This document shows positions 36,378-47,045 of a DNA stretch of 64,000 nucleotides, piece after piece. The stretch spans positions 268,573 to 332,572 of the forward strand of contig CAYPYN010000004.1 in the NCBI GenBank assembly GCA_964415295.1, given 5' to 3'. This stretch comes from an uncultured Bacteroidota bacterium. GTDB taxonomy: Bacteria; CLD3; SB21. The position numbers and the translations under genes were made by a program. The notes beneath the pieces were generated by a model. That model did not search any database, had not been told where the DNA came from, and saw only the letters and a list, made by a program, of their open reading frames with translations. Numbering within the stretch: position 1 is the stretch's first letter; every line of letters starts with the position of its first letter.

Positions 36378-38777
36378 ATGAAAGTCTCACTTAATTGGCT
36401 CAAAGATTATGTCGATATAACACGGTCGCCGGAAGAACTGGCGCACCGTCTTACGATGAACGGACTCAATGTCGAAGAAATCATCGTTCGCGACAACTTC
36501 AAAGGAGTCGTACTCGGAAAAGTAGTTGAAGCGGTAAAACATCCGAACGCAGACAAGTTATCTCTGACGAAAGTAGATGTAGGTACGGAAACACTGCGTA
36601 TCGTATGCGGCGCGCCGAACGTGGCCGCCGGACAACTCGTTGCCGTAGCTACTATCGGCACTGTCATGCCGGGCGGTTTTGAGATCAAAAAAGCCAAAAT
36701 ACGCGGTGAGGAATCCCATGGGATGATCTGTTCCAAAAGCGAGCTCGGTTTTGAAAAGGAAAAATCAGCAGGAATATGGGAACTGGATGCCACCAGACCG
36801 TATCAGCTGGGACAGCCGTTTTCAAACTTCATGGGTTCCGGCGATACCGTTTTTGAGATCGATGTTACGTCCAACCGGCCCGACTGTCTTAACATGATAG
36901 GAATCGCACGGGAGATTGCCGTCATCGAAGAAAAACCCTTAAGAATTCCGATAACCGGCCATGAAGAAAAGGGAGAACCTGTTGAAGCCGCGGCCACGAT
37001 CACCATTGAAGACACAGAAGGCTGCCCCCGATACGCGGCCCGCGTAATCATGAATGTCACCGTCGGCCCTTCCCCTTCCTGGCTTATAGAAAAACTGGAA
37101 TCCGTCGGCCTTCGCTCCGTCAATAACATAGTGGATGTAACCAATTTCGTGATGTTGGAATGCGGACAGCCCCTGCATGCCTTTGATTACGACGAACTTA
37201 GAGGACGCCGTATTATTGTCAAGAAATCCCGACCGGGCGATAAATTTCAAACGTTGGACGGTAAAGAGCATGACTTGAATGATGAAACGGTGATGATCTG
37301 CGATGCCGAGCGCGCGATAGCTATCGGCGGCATTATGGGCGGCCGCAATTCGGAAATCTCAGACAAAACAACAAACGTACTATTGGAATCGGCCTCATTC
37401 AATTCCCGGCGGATACGACGTTCGTCCAAACATCTCGGAATCAATTCCGATGCTTCGTCGCGATTCGGCAAAGGCGTGGATCCGGACGGAACGGTTCGCG
37501 CCGCCAATCGTGCAGCGGCCCTTATCGTACATGTAGCCGGCGGAACGCTTTGCAGAGGAGTCATAGACCGGGTGGCCATTCCATTCACACCGCAAAACAT
37601 TACACTAGATATCTCTTCAGTAAGCCGGCTGCTTGGATTAGCCATTCCGGAAAACGATATCGTCCGAATTCTAGAAAAGCTGGAGTGCCGGGTTAGTCGG
37701 TCTTCAAAAGATTTATATGTTGTTTGTCCGCCCTCTTACCGGCTGGATCTGAATACGGAGGAGGACTTAATCGAAGAGATTGCCAGAATTTACGGATATG
37801 ACAAGATACCCCAATCTGTTGGCGCGTATGTCAACTACGAGGCGGAAGATTCAAAATCCGAAAAATTTCTCAGAGAACTTCGATCGGCTTTTCGTGAAGC
37901 GGCATTTTCAGAAGCCGTAACCAATTCCATGGTCCATCCCAAACCGCAATCGATCATTAATCCGGCGGCGGAGAATCTCTTCGTAAGACTTCTGAATCCC
38001 ATCAGCGAAGACATGTCCGTTATGCGGATTTCCATGTTACCAAGCCTTCTTGAGATTGTTAAAGGAAATCTGTTCAGAAAAAACTTTGACATAAGGCTGT
38101 ATGAAATTGGTAAAGTATATCTGAGTAATGGCAAGGACTCTCTTCCGGCGGAGCAAACCATTATGTGCGGATGCGCGACAGGCGCCAGGGAACCCATGCA
38201 TTGGGGATCGAAGCCTGAACCATTTGATTTTTTTGATTTAAAGGCCCTAATACTCCGATTAGCCGGAAAGTTTATGCTTGACAATATTGAATTTAATGCT
38301 TATCATTCAAATGAAGTGTATGCTCCCAATTCACTGGAGATTCGTTCCGACGGCAAATTCTTGGGATATTTAGGAAAACTCCAGAAGAGCGTACTAAGGC
38401 ACTTTGATATTGATAAGGACGTTTGGGCGTTTGAATTGAATTATGCGGCATGGTTTGAACAGGCCGGATTCAAAAAGACGTTCAAACCCATTTCGCGTTT
38501 CCCGTCCGTGCAGCGCGATCTGGCTTTGAGTGTGGGACAATCTGTTTCTGCGGGTTTACTCATGCAAGCCATCAGGACGAATGCGGGACCCCATCTGGAT
38601 TCGCTGGAACTTTTTGATTTATATACCGGCGATCAGATCATTTCCGATAGAAAGAGCCTTGCGTTCTCCATGGTTTTCCAGTCGGAAGAGCGTACGCTGA
38701 CAGAAGAAGAGATCGATTCCACGGTGAAGAGTATCATCACCGCCGTGGAGAAAGAGTTTGGCGCAAAATTAAGGTAA
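36378..38777 (+). CDS. pheT: Phenylalanine--tRNA ligase beta subunit
   Basis: Begins MKVSLNWLKDYVD. Contains a tRNA-binding domain and the B3/B4, B5 and FDX-ACB domains. The start was moved 93 nt downstream of the first in-frame Met. Confidence 0.9.
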   Translation: MKVSLNWLKDYVDITRSPEELAHRLTMNGLNVEEIIVRDNFKGVVLGKVVEAVKHPNADKLSLTKVDVGTETLRIVCGAPNVAAGQLVAVATIGTVMPGGFEIKKAKIRGEESHGMICSKSELGFEKEKSAGIWELDATRPYQLGQPFSNFMGSGDTVFEIDVTSNRPDCLNMIGIAREIAVIEEKPLRIPITGHEEKGEPVEAAATITIEDTEGCPRYAARVIMNVTVGPSPSWLIEKLESVGLRSVNNIVDVTNFVMLECGQPLHAFDYDELRGRRIIVKKSRPGDKFQTLDGKEHDLNDETVMICDAERAIAIGGIMGGRNSEISDKTTNVLLESASFNSRRIRRSSKHLGINSDASSRFGKGVDPDGTVRAANRAAALIVHVAGGTLCRGVIDRVAIPFTPQNITLDISSVSRLLGLAIPENDIVRILEKLECRVSRSSKDLYVVCPPSYRLDLNTEEDLIEEIARIYGYDKIPQSVGAYVNYEAEDSKSEKFLRELRSAFREAAFSEAVTNSMVHPKPQSIINPAAENLFVRLLNPISEDMSVMRISMLPSLLEIVKGNLFRKNFDIRLYEIGKVYLSNGKDSLPAEQTIMCGCATGAREPMHWGSKPEPFDFFDLKALILRLAGKFMLDNIEFNAYHSNEVYAPNSLEIRSDGKFLGYLGKLQKSVLRHFDIDKDVWAFELNYAAWFEQAGFKKTFKPISRFPSVQRDLALSVGQSVSAGLLMQAIRTNAGPHLDSLELFDLYTGDQIISDRKSLAFSMVFQSEERTLTEEEIDSTVKSIITAVEKEFGAKLR

Positions 38778-38801
38778 CCTCAAGTCCGGGAACTCGTCTC
38801 G

Positions 38802-39287
38802 ATGAAAAGCCCAGCGAGAAATAAGAAACCTAAAGCGACGAGCGGACTTGAACTCGTTTCTAATAATAACTTCGATCTGCTCGAGATAAAGGTTCTTCAG
38901 CTTCTCCGGGAACTTCAGGAAACAAAAGACGAGCGTGACCGGCTGAGATCCGATCTTGAAAGCAGTCAAAGCGGGCTGTCGGAATCGCTGATCCATAAGG
39001 ACAAAGAGCTGGAAAATAAGGAACAGGTGCTCAGGCGTCAGCAATCCGTCCTCAAAACAAAAGAAACGGCTCTTCAGGAATTGCAGCAGGCGCTGGCTGA
39101 ACAGCGTGAGCAAAACGAGGCATTGGTATCCGAGACAAGGGAATTGAGAGAAGAAATCGAACGTCTGAAAATGTCGGAACCGGACAACGGGTCCATGGAC
39201 CAAGCCAGCAAAGACCAAATACGATACCGGCTGGAGAAGGTCATTCAAAAACTTGATCAATTAGAAAAAATAGTACAAGTCAATTAA
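38802..39287 (+). CDS. Coiled-coil protein (ZapB-like?), upstream of zapA
   Basis: 161 aa, almost entirely heptad coiled coil, Q/E/L-rich. Confidence 0.5.
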   Translation: MKSPARNKKPKATSGLELVSNNNFDLLEIKVLQLLRELQETKDERDRLRSDLESSQSGLSESLIHKDKELENKEQVLRRQQSVLKTKETALQELQQALAEQREQNEALVSETRELREEIERLKMSEPDNGSMDQASKDQIRYRLEKVIQKLDQLEKIVQVN

Positions 39288-39312
39288 TCACCGCAAGTGC
39301 AGATAAACAACA

Positions 39313-39660
39313 GTGGACAAGAATACTGTTAAGGTAAATATCTATGGGTCGGAATATGTGATCAAAGGCGATGCCGACGCCGATCACATAGAAGAGATTT
39401 CCCAATTTGTCGACCAGAAGATGAAGGAGATCAATAAGAGCGGAGCCATCAAATCTCCTCTTAAGGTCGCCATTTTGGCCGCCCTCAATATCGCCGATGA
39501 ATACTTTAAAACCCGGGACGAACAAAAGCAACAGATCGCTTCCTATGAAGCACGTACTCAAAAGCTCCTCCGCTCCCTGAGCGCTAGTCTCAAGGAAAAA
39601 GAAGAGCCCGTTCCGGCTGAAGATAAAGAAGAAGAAATTTCCTTATTTTCTCAAAAGTAA
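39313..39660 (+). CDS. zapA: Cell division protein ZapA
   Basis: N-terminus VKVNIYGSEYVIKGD plus a coiled-coil tail; about 115 aa. Confidence 0.75.
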   Translation: MDKNTVKVNIYGSEYVIKGDADADHIEEISQFVDQKMKEINKSGAIKSPLKVAILAALNIADEYFKTRDEQKQQIASYEARTQKLLRSLSASLKEKEEPVPAEDKEEEISLFSQK

Positions 39661-39821
39661 GATTCATCGAGTTTAGTCCGTTACCTTAATTTTTGAACCC
39701 TGTTGTTGACGATGCGGTGAAAATCCGATTCGTGATAACAGGGTTTTTTGTTTGATCCATTAGACGGATTCCGTTCAACAAATTTGAGACCGATCATTAC
39801 TAACGACGATATAGAGGACAA

Positions 39822-41384
39822 ATGGACATAGCGATTTTCATATTAGCCGGCCTTGTCATTGCCGTGGCCGCTTTTATTTTCGGGCAGGCCTATGCTACCA
39901 AGATCACGGTTGCTAAACGCATACGAGAGGCTGAAGAAGAAGCCAAAACCATCAAAAATGCCGCCACCGCTGATGCGGAAAACCTGAAGAAGGAAAAACT
40001 GATCGAGGTATCGGATGAGTGGTTCCGCAAGAAACAGGAGTTTGACGAACAGACCAAGATCATCAAATCTCAGGTCAAGAATCAGCAGGACGAATTGCTC
40101 AAACGGGAACGCAATATCGAGCAAAAAGGCGATCTGATTACGCGCAAGGAGAAAGATTTTCTTCATCGCGAACAATTGCTGCACAGCAAGATGGAAGAGA
40201 CCACCCGGAGGAACGAGCAACTGGAAGCTCTGATCAAGTCTGAGAATGAAAAGCTCGAACAGATAGCGCGTATGAGCGCCGAAGATGCCAAACAGGTACT
40301 GATGAGCAACATGACCGAAAAGGCCAAACAGGAATCGGCCCAGGCGGTCAGAAATATCAAGGAACAGGCTCAGTTGACCGCCAAAGAACAGATCAAGAAC
40401 GTGCTTTTGCAGGCCATCAACCGGACCGCCATGGATCACACTATTGAGACAACCGTTACATCGATCAAATTGCCGAGTAATGAGATGAAAGGCCGCATTA
40501 TCGGCCGCGAAGGAAGGAATATTCGCGCTTTTGAAACGATCACCGGATGCGAGATACTTATCGACGACACGCCCAATACGATCGTGATCTCCGGTTTTGA
40601 CCCTATCCGCAGGGAAATTGCAAAGATGGCCCTTGAGAGCCTGATTACCGACGGACGTATCCATCCGGGACGCATCGAAGATGTGGTGGAAAAGGCCAAG
40701 CGCGATCTCGATGAGGTCATCGTTGCCGCAGGTGAAGAAGCATTATTTGAGGTTGGCGTTCACGGTACGCATATCGAGATAGTCAAGCTTTTGGGTAAAC
40801 TGAAATACCGTACGCAGTACGGGCTTAACCTCCTGCAGCACAGCACCGAAACGGCCATCATTGCCGGATTGATCGCGGCGGAACTGGGATTCGATGTGCA
40901 ACTCGCCAAACGGGCCGCTATTCTTCATGATATAGGTTTTGCGGTTGATCGTACCGATCAGCATCATGCCGCCGCCGGCGCCGACGTGGCCAGAAAATAC
41001 GGCGAGAACGCAACCGTTCAATTGGCCATCTTACTGCATCACGAGAACCCGACCACGGCGCATCCGATTGCGGTAATCGTTGCCGCGGCAAATCAGCTCA
41101 GTAAAGATCGCCCGGGCTCGCAGAAAAAAGCATTGGAAAGCTATCTCAAACGCCTGCACCACCTCGAAGATATGGCGCTTTCCTTCACCGGAGTTCTCAA
41201 AGCTTACGCCATTCAGGCCGGACGTGAAATACGGGTACTTGTGGATTACAATGTGCTGGACGATAACAAATCAATGGTTCTGGCCGACGATCTGACAAGA
41301 AAAATCGAAACAGAATTGGAATATCCCGGCCAAGTCAAGGTAACGGTGATCCGGGAATACCGGGCTATTGACATGGCGAAGTAA
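39822..41384 (+). CDS. rny: Ribonuclease Y
   Basis: N-terminal TM helix, coiled coil, KH domain (IGREGRNIRAFE) and HD domain (HD…HDIG). Confidence 0.9.
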   Translation: MDIAIFILAGLVIAVAAFIFGQAYATKITVAKRIREAEEEAKTIKNAATADAENLKKEKLIEVSDEWFRKKQEFDEQTKIIKSQVKNQQDELLKRERNIEQKGDLITRKEKDFLHREQLLHSKMEETTRRNEQLEALIKSENEKLEQIARMSAEDAKQVLMSNMTEKAKQESAQAVRNIKEQAQLTAKEQIKNVLLQAINRTAMDHTIETTVTSIKLPSNEMKGRIIGREGRNIRAFETITGCEILIDDTPNTIVISGFDPIRREIAKMALESLITDGRIHPGRIEDVVEKAKRDLDEVIVAAGEEALFEVGVHGTHIEIVKLLGKLKYRTQYGLNLLQHSTETAIIAGLIAAELGFDVQLAKRAAILHDIGFAVDRTDQHHAAAGADVARKYGENATVQLAILLHHENPTTAHPIAVIVAAANQLSKDRPGSQKKALESYLKRLHHLEDMALSFTGVLKAYAIQAGREIRVLVDYNVLDDNKSMVLADDLTRKIETELEYPGQVKVTVIREYRAIDMAK

Positions 41385-41403
41385 AAATCAGGACAATTAG
41401 ACA

Positions 41404-41456
41404 CAAAAAAAAGCCGTTACCCCGAATTTGTCGGGTGAACGGCTTTTGTAGTTTTA
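41404..41456. terminator. Bidirectional hairpin between rny and ssb
   Basis: A8-AGCCGTT…AACGGCT-TTTGTAGTTTT with an inner CCCGA/TCGGG stem. Confidence 0.45.
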
Positions 41457-41470
41457 TCTATACTTGTGTA

Positions 41471-41920
41471 CTAGAACGGCAGATCATCGCCGCCGGACTG
41501 GCCTGAAGCTCCGCCGCCCGTAGGGGCGCTCGAATCCATATCCCCCGGAGGAGGTACGAAATCTCCCCCGCTTTCGCCGGGTTTCCCGCCCAACATGCTC
41601 ATCTGATCACCGACAATCTCGGTCACAAATTTCTTCTGGCCCGACTGTTTATCGTCATACGACCTCGTCTTGATCTTTCCCTCGATGTATACGAGTGAAC
41701 CTTTCTTTAGGTATTGCCCGCAGATCTCAGCCAGTTTATTCCAGACCACCACGCGGTGCCAGTCGGTGCTTTCCACCATCTTGCCCTCTTTATCTTTATA
41801 CGATTCGTTGGTGGCCATATTAAATGTGGCCACGGGGCTCCCGCTCGGAGTGTATCGAAGTTCCGGGTCTTTGCCCAAGCGGCCGATGAGCATGACTTTG
41901 TTTAAGGTTCCTTTTGCCAT
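41471..41920 (-). CDS. ssb: Single-stranded DNA-binding protein with a Gly-rich tail ending DDLPF
   Basis: OB-fold N-terminus [19 protein letters not shown], then a Gly/Ser-rich linker and the acidic tip …GGDDLPF. Confidence 0.9.
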   Translation of the reverse strand: MAKGTLNKVMLIGRLGKDPELRYTPSGSPVATFNMATNESYKDKEGKMVESTDWHRVVVWNKLAEICGQYLKKGSLVYIEGKIKTRSYDDKQSGQKKFVTEIVGDQMSMLGGKPGESGGDFVPPPGDMDSSAPTGGGASGQSGGDDLPF

Positions 41921-42055
41921 TGTTTCACCTGATATTTTAGTAATTATTTTAAATTAATTCATAGAATTGCCACAAAAGCGCAGAAAGCACAAAACAAAAT
42001 TATTCAATCGAAAACCTTTTTGCGACTTTTCTGCTATTTTGCGGTTGATATGAGT

Positions 42056-43132
42056 TTATTTACTCTTTTTCTCGGAACCGCTCGGATTTTGCTTGGGCGA
42101 TTCCTTTTCTGCGGCCAGAATCGGCACAAGTCCCAATTCCTGGCGTATCTTGGTTTCGATCTTTTTGGCTATATCGCGATTATCGGCCAAGAATTGTTTC
42201 GCATTTTCCCTGCCTTGACCGATCTTATCGTCGCCGAAGGCATACCACGTTCCGCTCTTCTGCACAATATTCATATTGGACGCCAGATCGATCAGGTCGC
42301 CTTCTTTGGAGATACCCGTTCCGTACATCAGGTCCACTTCCGCTTCTTTGAATGGCGGGGCGAGTTTGTTCTTCACGACCTTCACCTTAGTGCGGTTGCC
42401 TACAATATCCTCGCCGGCTTTGATCTGGCCGATGCGGCGAATATCGATACGGATCGAGGTATAGAATTTCAGCGCGCGTCCACCGGTAGTCGTTTCCGGG
42501 TTACCGAACATGACGCCGATCTTATCACGAACCTGGTTGATGAAGATAACGCAGGTCTTTGATTTACTTACTGCGCCGGTCAATTTACGCATCGCCTGGC
42601 TCATCAGACGCGCCTGAACGCCCATGGTCGCATCCCCCATTTCGCCGTCAATTTCGCTACGAGGAACGAGCGCGGCCACCGAGTCGATCACAATCACATC
42701 CACCGCATTGCTGCGAACAAGTCTTTCGGTGATCTCAAGCGCCTGCTCGCCATTATCCGGCTGAGAGATCAGAAGATTTTCCGTATCCACGCCAAGCCGT
42801 TTGGCATACACCGCATCCAAGGCATGCTCCGCATCGATGAAGGCCGCAATGCCGCCTGTTTTCTGCGCCTCGGCAATGATGTGCAGTGATAAGGTCGTTT
42901 TACCGCTCGATTCCGGTCCGTAGATCTCCGTGATACGGCCGCGGGGAATTCCCCCCACGCCCAAAGCGGCATCCACCGAGATCGAACCGGTGGAATAAAC
43001 GTCCACACCGACTGACGTCCGGTCGCCTAATTTCATAATCGAGCCTTTGCCGTATTCCTTGACAATATCCTGCAAGGTACGGTCGAGTGAGGCTTTCTTT
43101 TCTTTGTCCATAAGGACTGTTTCTTCTGCCAT
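42056..43132 (-). CDS. recA: Recombinase A
   Basis: Walker [10 protein letters not shown], the L1/L2 loops and a canonical RecA core. The C-terminus …[17 protein letters not shown] is basic rather than acidic. Confidence 0.95.
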   Translation of the reverse strand: MAEETVLMDKEKKASLDRTLQDIVKEYGKGSIMKLGDRTSVGVDVYSTGSISVDAALGVGGIPRGRITEIYGPESSGKTTLSLHIIAEAQKTGGIAAFIDAEHALDAVYAKRLGVDTENLLISQPDNGEQALEITERLVRSNAVDVIVIDSVAALVPRSEIDGEMGDATMGVQARLMSQAMRKLTGAVSKSKTCVIFINQVRDKIGVMFGNPETTTGGRALKFYTSIRIDIRRIGQIKAGEDIVGNRTKVKVVKNKLAPPFKEAEVDLMYGTGISKEGDLIDLASNMNIVQKSGTWYAFGDDKIGQGRENAKQFLADNRDIAKKIETKIRQELGLVPILAAEKESPKQNPSGSEKKSK

Positions 43133-43306
43133 TTATGTAACTCCTTAATTAAAATTTTTTCGTATGTCGTGGAAAGCTTGGTGAAAGTATAAAAACAAAT
43201 ACTATTCCGCAAGCACTATTCACACAAGCTCTTTGCATTTTGTAAAAACAAGGCGTCCCGCGAGGATCTCTCCCCACGGAACGCCCACGTTACACACCAA
43301 GAATTT

Positions 43307-43744
43307 TCAGAACGGCAGACCGTCCGGCGACTCGGTTTCTTCCGCGTCGATCGCTTCGTCATTCACCTGTTCGTGCGTGACGAGTTCCTGCGGCTGTTCC
43401 GCCCCCTTTTTGGAGGACAGCATCTGCATGGTTTCGGCAATGATCTCGGTCATATACCGTTTGACCCCGTCCTTATCGTCGTAAGAACGGGTCTTCAACT
43501 GGCCTTCGATGCATACGAGTGACCCTTTTTTCAAGTACTGCCCGCTGATCTCCGCCAGCTTTCGCCACGCGACGACCTTGTGCCAATCGGTCTGTTCGAT
43601 CGTTTTGCCGTCCTTTCCTTTGAAAACGTTATTGGTAGCGATGCTGAACGAGCTGATCGGTATACCGCTCTTGGTATAATGGACGTCAGGGTCTTTCCCT
43701 AATCTTCCGATCAATACGGCTTTGTTCAATGTTCCTCTGGACAT
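43307..43744 (-). CDS. ssb: Single-stranded DNA-binding protein, second paralogue, with an acidic tail ending DGLPF
   Basis: [21 protein letters not shown] fold. About 60% identical to the other ssb over the OB domain. Confidence 0.85.
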   Translation of the reverse strand: MSRGTLNKAVLIGRLGKDPDVHYTKSGIPISSFSIATNNVFKGKDGKTIEQTDWHKVVAWRKLAEISGQYLKKGSLVCIEGQLKTRSYDDKDGVKRYMTEIIAETMQMLSSKKGAEQPQELVTHEQVNDEAIDAEETESPDGLPF

Positions 43745-43952
43745 GTTGTCCTCCTTGTTTTTAGTTGATTTAGTGTAAATTAATTGGTCTCAAAGTTCGT
43801 TTGTCAATTGATCACATCATCAATTTAAGAGTACTCTAATGCGATTTTCGGTCAAAATTTGACCAAAAATGCTTTTTTCGAAAAAAATTGATTTAGAGGA
43901 TGGAGATTGGTAAGTTGGGGCGGAACAATTAGGAATGAATTAAATCATAATC

Positions 43953-44870
43953 TTGATGTCAGTACCCAAAACCATAAAAGTCATTCTTGTTGTTTTTTCC
44001 TATCTCCTATTGATCGCCCTGGGCGCCTCAGGAGCATGGTATTACGGATATAAGAATCAAACCGTGCCTTTGCAGGACGAACTGATCAACCTTCAGATCG
44101 ACATGAAATATACGCGGGACAGCCTGGCCCGTTATCAGGACAGCAACCGCCTCATGGCCGAAGAGAATAAATGGTATCGACTCATGATTCCGCCCGGAAG
44201 CGGCATTTATTATCCTGCCGAAATCTCGCACCAGTACTACATTTACGGCCAGCAAAAAGGCAAATATCTTGAGCTATCGTACAGCGCCAATACGTATTTT
44301 GCCCACCGCCGACGAAAGCAGGAAGAAGGCATACAACGTTTTATCGACGCTTCGACGCCTCATGAGAACTTTCTCTATATGATCCTGGATAGTCTCAGGA
44401 TCAAACCAAACGATTCGCTTCGCAATGACGAAAATGCCCAGAAGATCCTTAATTTCGTCAACAGCATTCCCTATGAATACAAGAAAAAGTATTATGTCAA
44501 GATGCCGATCGAAACGCTGGTCGAGGGCCGTGGCCACTGCGCGGATTTGTCCATATTGATGCATTCCCTTATGCTAACGGCCGGATTGGATGCCATGATC
44601 GTATTCCCTACCGACGGGGATAGTCTGGACCATGTCATGGTCGGTGTCCATGGCGATTTTAATGTGGATCGGACAAGAACCTATTTCACATACCCGGACA
44701 GCGGCGGCAAACGGTATTACCTCTGCCAGCCTACCGGCACCGATGATATGCGCTACCCTATCATGCATAAGGTCGGATTCTCTCATCGGTACCCATTGTC
44801 GGTCATTTATACGGACTCGGTAACCGTTGTCCAAAACAAAAAAGAATGGCTTAAACGAACACGAAGATAA
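43953..44870 (+). CDS. Membrane-anchored transglutaminase-like (Cys-His-Asp) domain protein
   Basis: N-terminal TM helix and a GRGHCADLSILMHS…H…D pattern typical of transglutaminase-like cysteine peptidase cores. Confidence 0.5.
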   Translation: MMSVPKTIKVILVVFSYLLLIALGASGAWYYGYKNQTVPLQDELINLQIDMKYTRDSLARYQDSNRLMAEENKWYRLMIPPGSGIYYPAEISHQYYIYGQQKGKYLELSYSANTYFAHRRRKQEEGIQRFIDASTPHENFLYMILDSLRIKPNDSLRNDENAQKILNFVNSIPYEYKKKYYVKMPIETLVEGRGHCADLSILMHSLMLTAGLDAMIVFPTDGDSLDHVMVGVHGDFNVDRTRTYFTYPDSGGKRYYLCQPTGTDDMRYPIMHKVGFSHRYPLSVIYTDSVTVVQNKKEWLKRTRR

Positions 44871-44946
44871 GATCTGCGCTGAACATTTCTGACATTATTC
44901 CGTATCATGGCCAGGCTCATATAAGGCCGATAATTGAAATTAGCTT

Positions 44947-47004
44947 TTGAAAGGAAACATGATCATGAAACGTATTTTAATCTTTGCACTGGCCGTCTTA
45001 TTCGTCTTTTCGGCATGCGGTCCGTCGTCTAAAACTGCTGGTCCAAACGATCCGCTGGTGTCCAATCGCGACACGTCCATAGCTCCGGGAAAGAACTTCT
45101 TTTATTACGCCAATGGCGGCTGGATGAAACGTAACCCGATCCCCGCTTCCGAGCGCTCCAATGGAATATGGCTTACGATCGAGGACGGCGTAAAAGATGC
45201 CGTTAAAGAAATATGCGAGCTTTCGGCCAAGGAAACGAACGCACCCAAAGGCAGCAACAAGCAGAAGATCGGCGATTTTTTTGCCAGCGGCATGGACACG
45301 ATCTCCATCGAGAAAATGGATATCAAACCGCTTGAACCCGAGTTCGACAGAATCGAAGCCATCAAAGATATTCCAAGCCTGCTCAGTACGGTGGCCTATC
45401 TGCAGTCATTGCAGGCCGGACCGATGTTCAATATCTATGTCGGACGTGACGATAAAGTTCCGACCCAATACGCCATCTTCCTCAATCAGGGCGGACTTGG
45501 ATTGCCGAATCGGGACTACTATTTTGACACAGATTCCAGAACGGCCAATATCCGCTCGGAATACGGCAAGCATCTGCAAGCGATGTTCCGTCTGATGGGC
45601 GATGATGAAACCAAGGCGGGTCAATACAGCCGGCAGATCATGGAACTTGAAACCAGTCTGGCAAAATCCAGCCGTAAACTCGAGGAACTGCGCGATCCCT
45701 ACAAAAATTACAACAAAATGACTCTGGCAGAAGCCAATAAGTTAACACCGTCCATTGACTGGAATGTCATGCTGAAAGATATGGGATTCACACAATTGGA
45801 CACCGTGGTTATCGGTCAGCCGGAATTTTTCAAATCACTCAGCGAAAACATTCAATCGATCAATATAGAACAGTGGAAAGCCTATTTACGCTGGTCATTG
45901 ATCAACACCTACTCAGCCTATCTGAGCAAGAGATTCGACGAACAGGACTTCAACTTCTATTCAAAGACGATCTACGGCATACCGGAACCCAAGCCGCGAT
46001 GGAAGCGTGTTGTGGAAAAGACCAACCGATCGCTGGGCGAGGTCATTGGGCAGGAATATGTAGCCAACTACCTCCCCAAAGGAACCAAAGAAAAACTGGT
46101 TGAGATCGGCAATAACATACGGGACGTTACGCGTGAAAGGATACTGAAAATCGACTGGATGACCGAACCCACACGGCAAAAAGCTCTGAAAAAAATCGAG
46201 ACCATGGTCATCAAGGCGGGCCACCCGGATAAGTGGAAAGACTACACGGAACTCGAAGTCTCCAGGGAGTCCTATGCGCAAAACGTCAAAAATGCGCACC
46301 GCTGGTCTTTCAACAACATGATCCGCAAATACGGCAAGCCGGTGGATCGTCTCGAATGGAATATGTTCCCCCAGACATACAACGCTTATTACGACCCCAC
46401 AGGTAATGAAATCGTCGTTCCCGGGTGCAATATCATCGTTCCGGGATTCGGCAAGAATCTGCCGGATGATGCGGTACTGTACGGCATTGTGGGCGGCAGC
46501 ACCTTCGGACATGAGATCATTCACGGATTTGACGATCAGGGCAGCCAATACGATGAAACAGGAAAACTGAACAATTGGTGGACCAAGGAAGACCGTGAGA
46601 AATTTGAAGCGCGCACGAAGTTGCTCGTAGAACAATACAATAACTACGTTGTGCTGGACAGCCTCCGTATTCGCGGTCAAGCGACGCTAGGTGAAAATAT
46701 AGCCGATCTCGGTGGGGTCCAACTCGGCTATGCCGCATTCAAAAAAACCAAGCAAGGACAATCTAACGAAATGCTGAACGGACTGACGGCCGACCAGCGT
46801 TATTTTCTCGGTTATGCGTATGCCTGGATGGTGCAGATACGCGACGAGTCTTTGGCTGCACAGATTAAAACGGATGTTCACTCTCCTGTTCAGTTCCGTG
46901 TTATAGGTCCTTTATCCAATACGCCGGAATTCTACAAGACCTTTAATGTGCAGCCCGGCGATCCGATGTATCGCGATGAAAGAGTTCGCGTATCTCTTTG
47001 GTAG
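44947..47004 (+). CDS. M13-family zinc metalloendopeptidase (neprilysin/PepO-like) lipoprotein
   Basis: HEIIHGFD (HEXXH), the ENIADLGG motif and a lipobox FSAC. Confidence 0.85.
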   Translation: MKGNMIMKRILIFALAVLFVFSACGPSSKTAGPNDPLVSNRDTSIAPGKNFFYYANGGWMKRNPIPASERSNGIWLTIEDGVKDAVKEICELSAKETNAPKGSNKQKIGDFFASGMDTISIEKMDIKPLEPEFDRIEAIKDIPSLLSTVAYLQSLQAGPMFNIYVGRDDKVPTQYAIFLNQGGLGLPNRDYYFDTDSRTANIRSEYGKHLQAMFRLMGDDETKAGQYSRQIMELETSLAKSSRKLEELRDPYKNYNKMTLAEANKLTPSIDWNVMLKDMGFTQLDTVVIGQPEFFKSLSENIQSINIEQWKAYLRWSLINTYSAYLSKRFDEQDFNFYSKTIYGIPEPKPRWKRVVEKTNRSLGEVIGQEYVANYLPKGTKEKLVEIGNNIRDVTRERILKIDWMTEPTRQKALKKIETMVIKAGHPDKWKDYTELEVSRESYAQNVKNAHRWSFNNMIRKYGKPVDRLEWNMFPQTYNAYYDPTGNEIVVPGCNIIVPGFGKNLPDDAVLYGIVGGSTFGHEIIHGFDDQGSQYDETGKLNNWWTKEDREKFEARTKLLVEQYNNYVVLDSLRIRGQATLGENIADLGGVQLGYAAFKKTKQGQSNEMLNGLTADQRYFLGYAYAWMVQIRDESLAAQIKTDVHSPVQFRVIGPLSNTPEFYKTFNVQPGDPMYRDERVRVSLW

Positions 47005-47045
47005 TAAATTTACCGCCAAGGAACTGAGACGCTCAATAAGCTTCT

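Noticed and set aside
39843-40664. 273-aa minus-strand ORF
   Set aside because: It is antisense to rny, which has KH and HD motifs.
45961-46680. 239-aa minus-strand ORF
   Set aside because: It is antisense to the M13 peptidase gene, which carries HEXXH and other family motifs.
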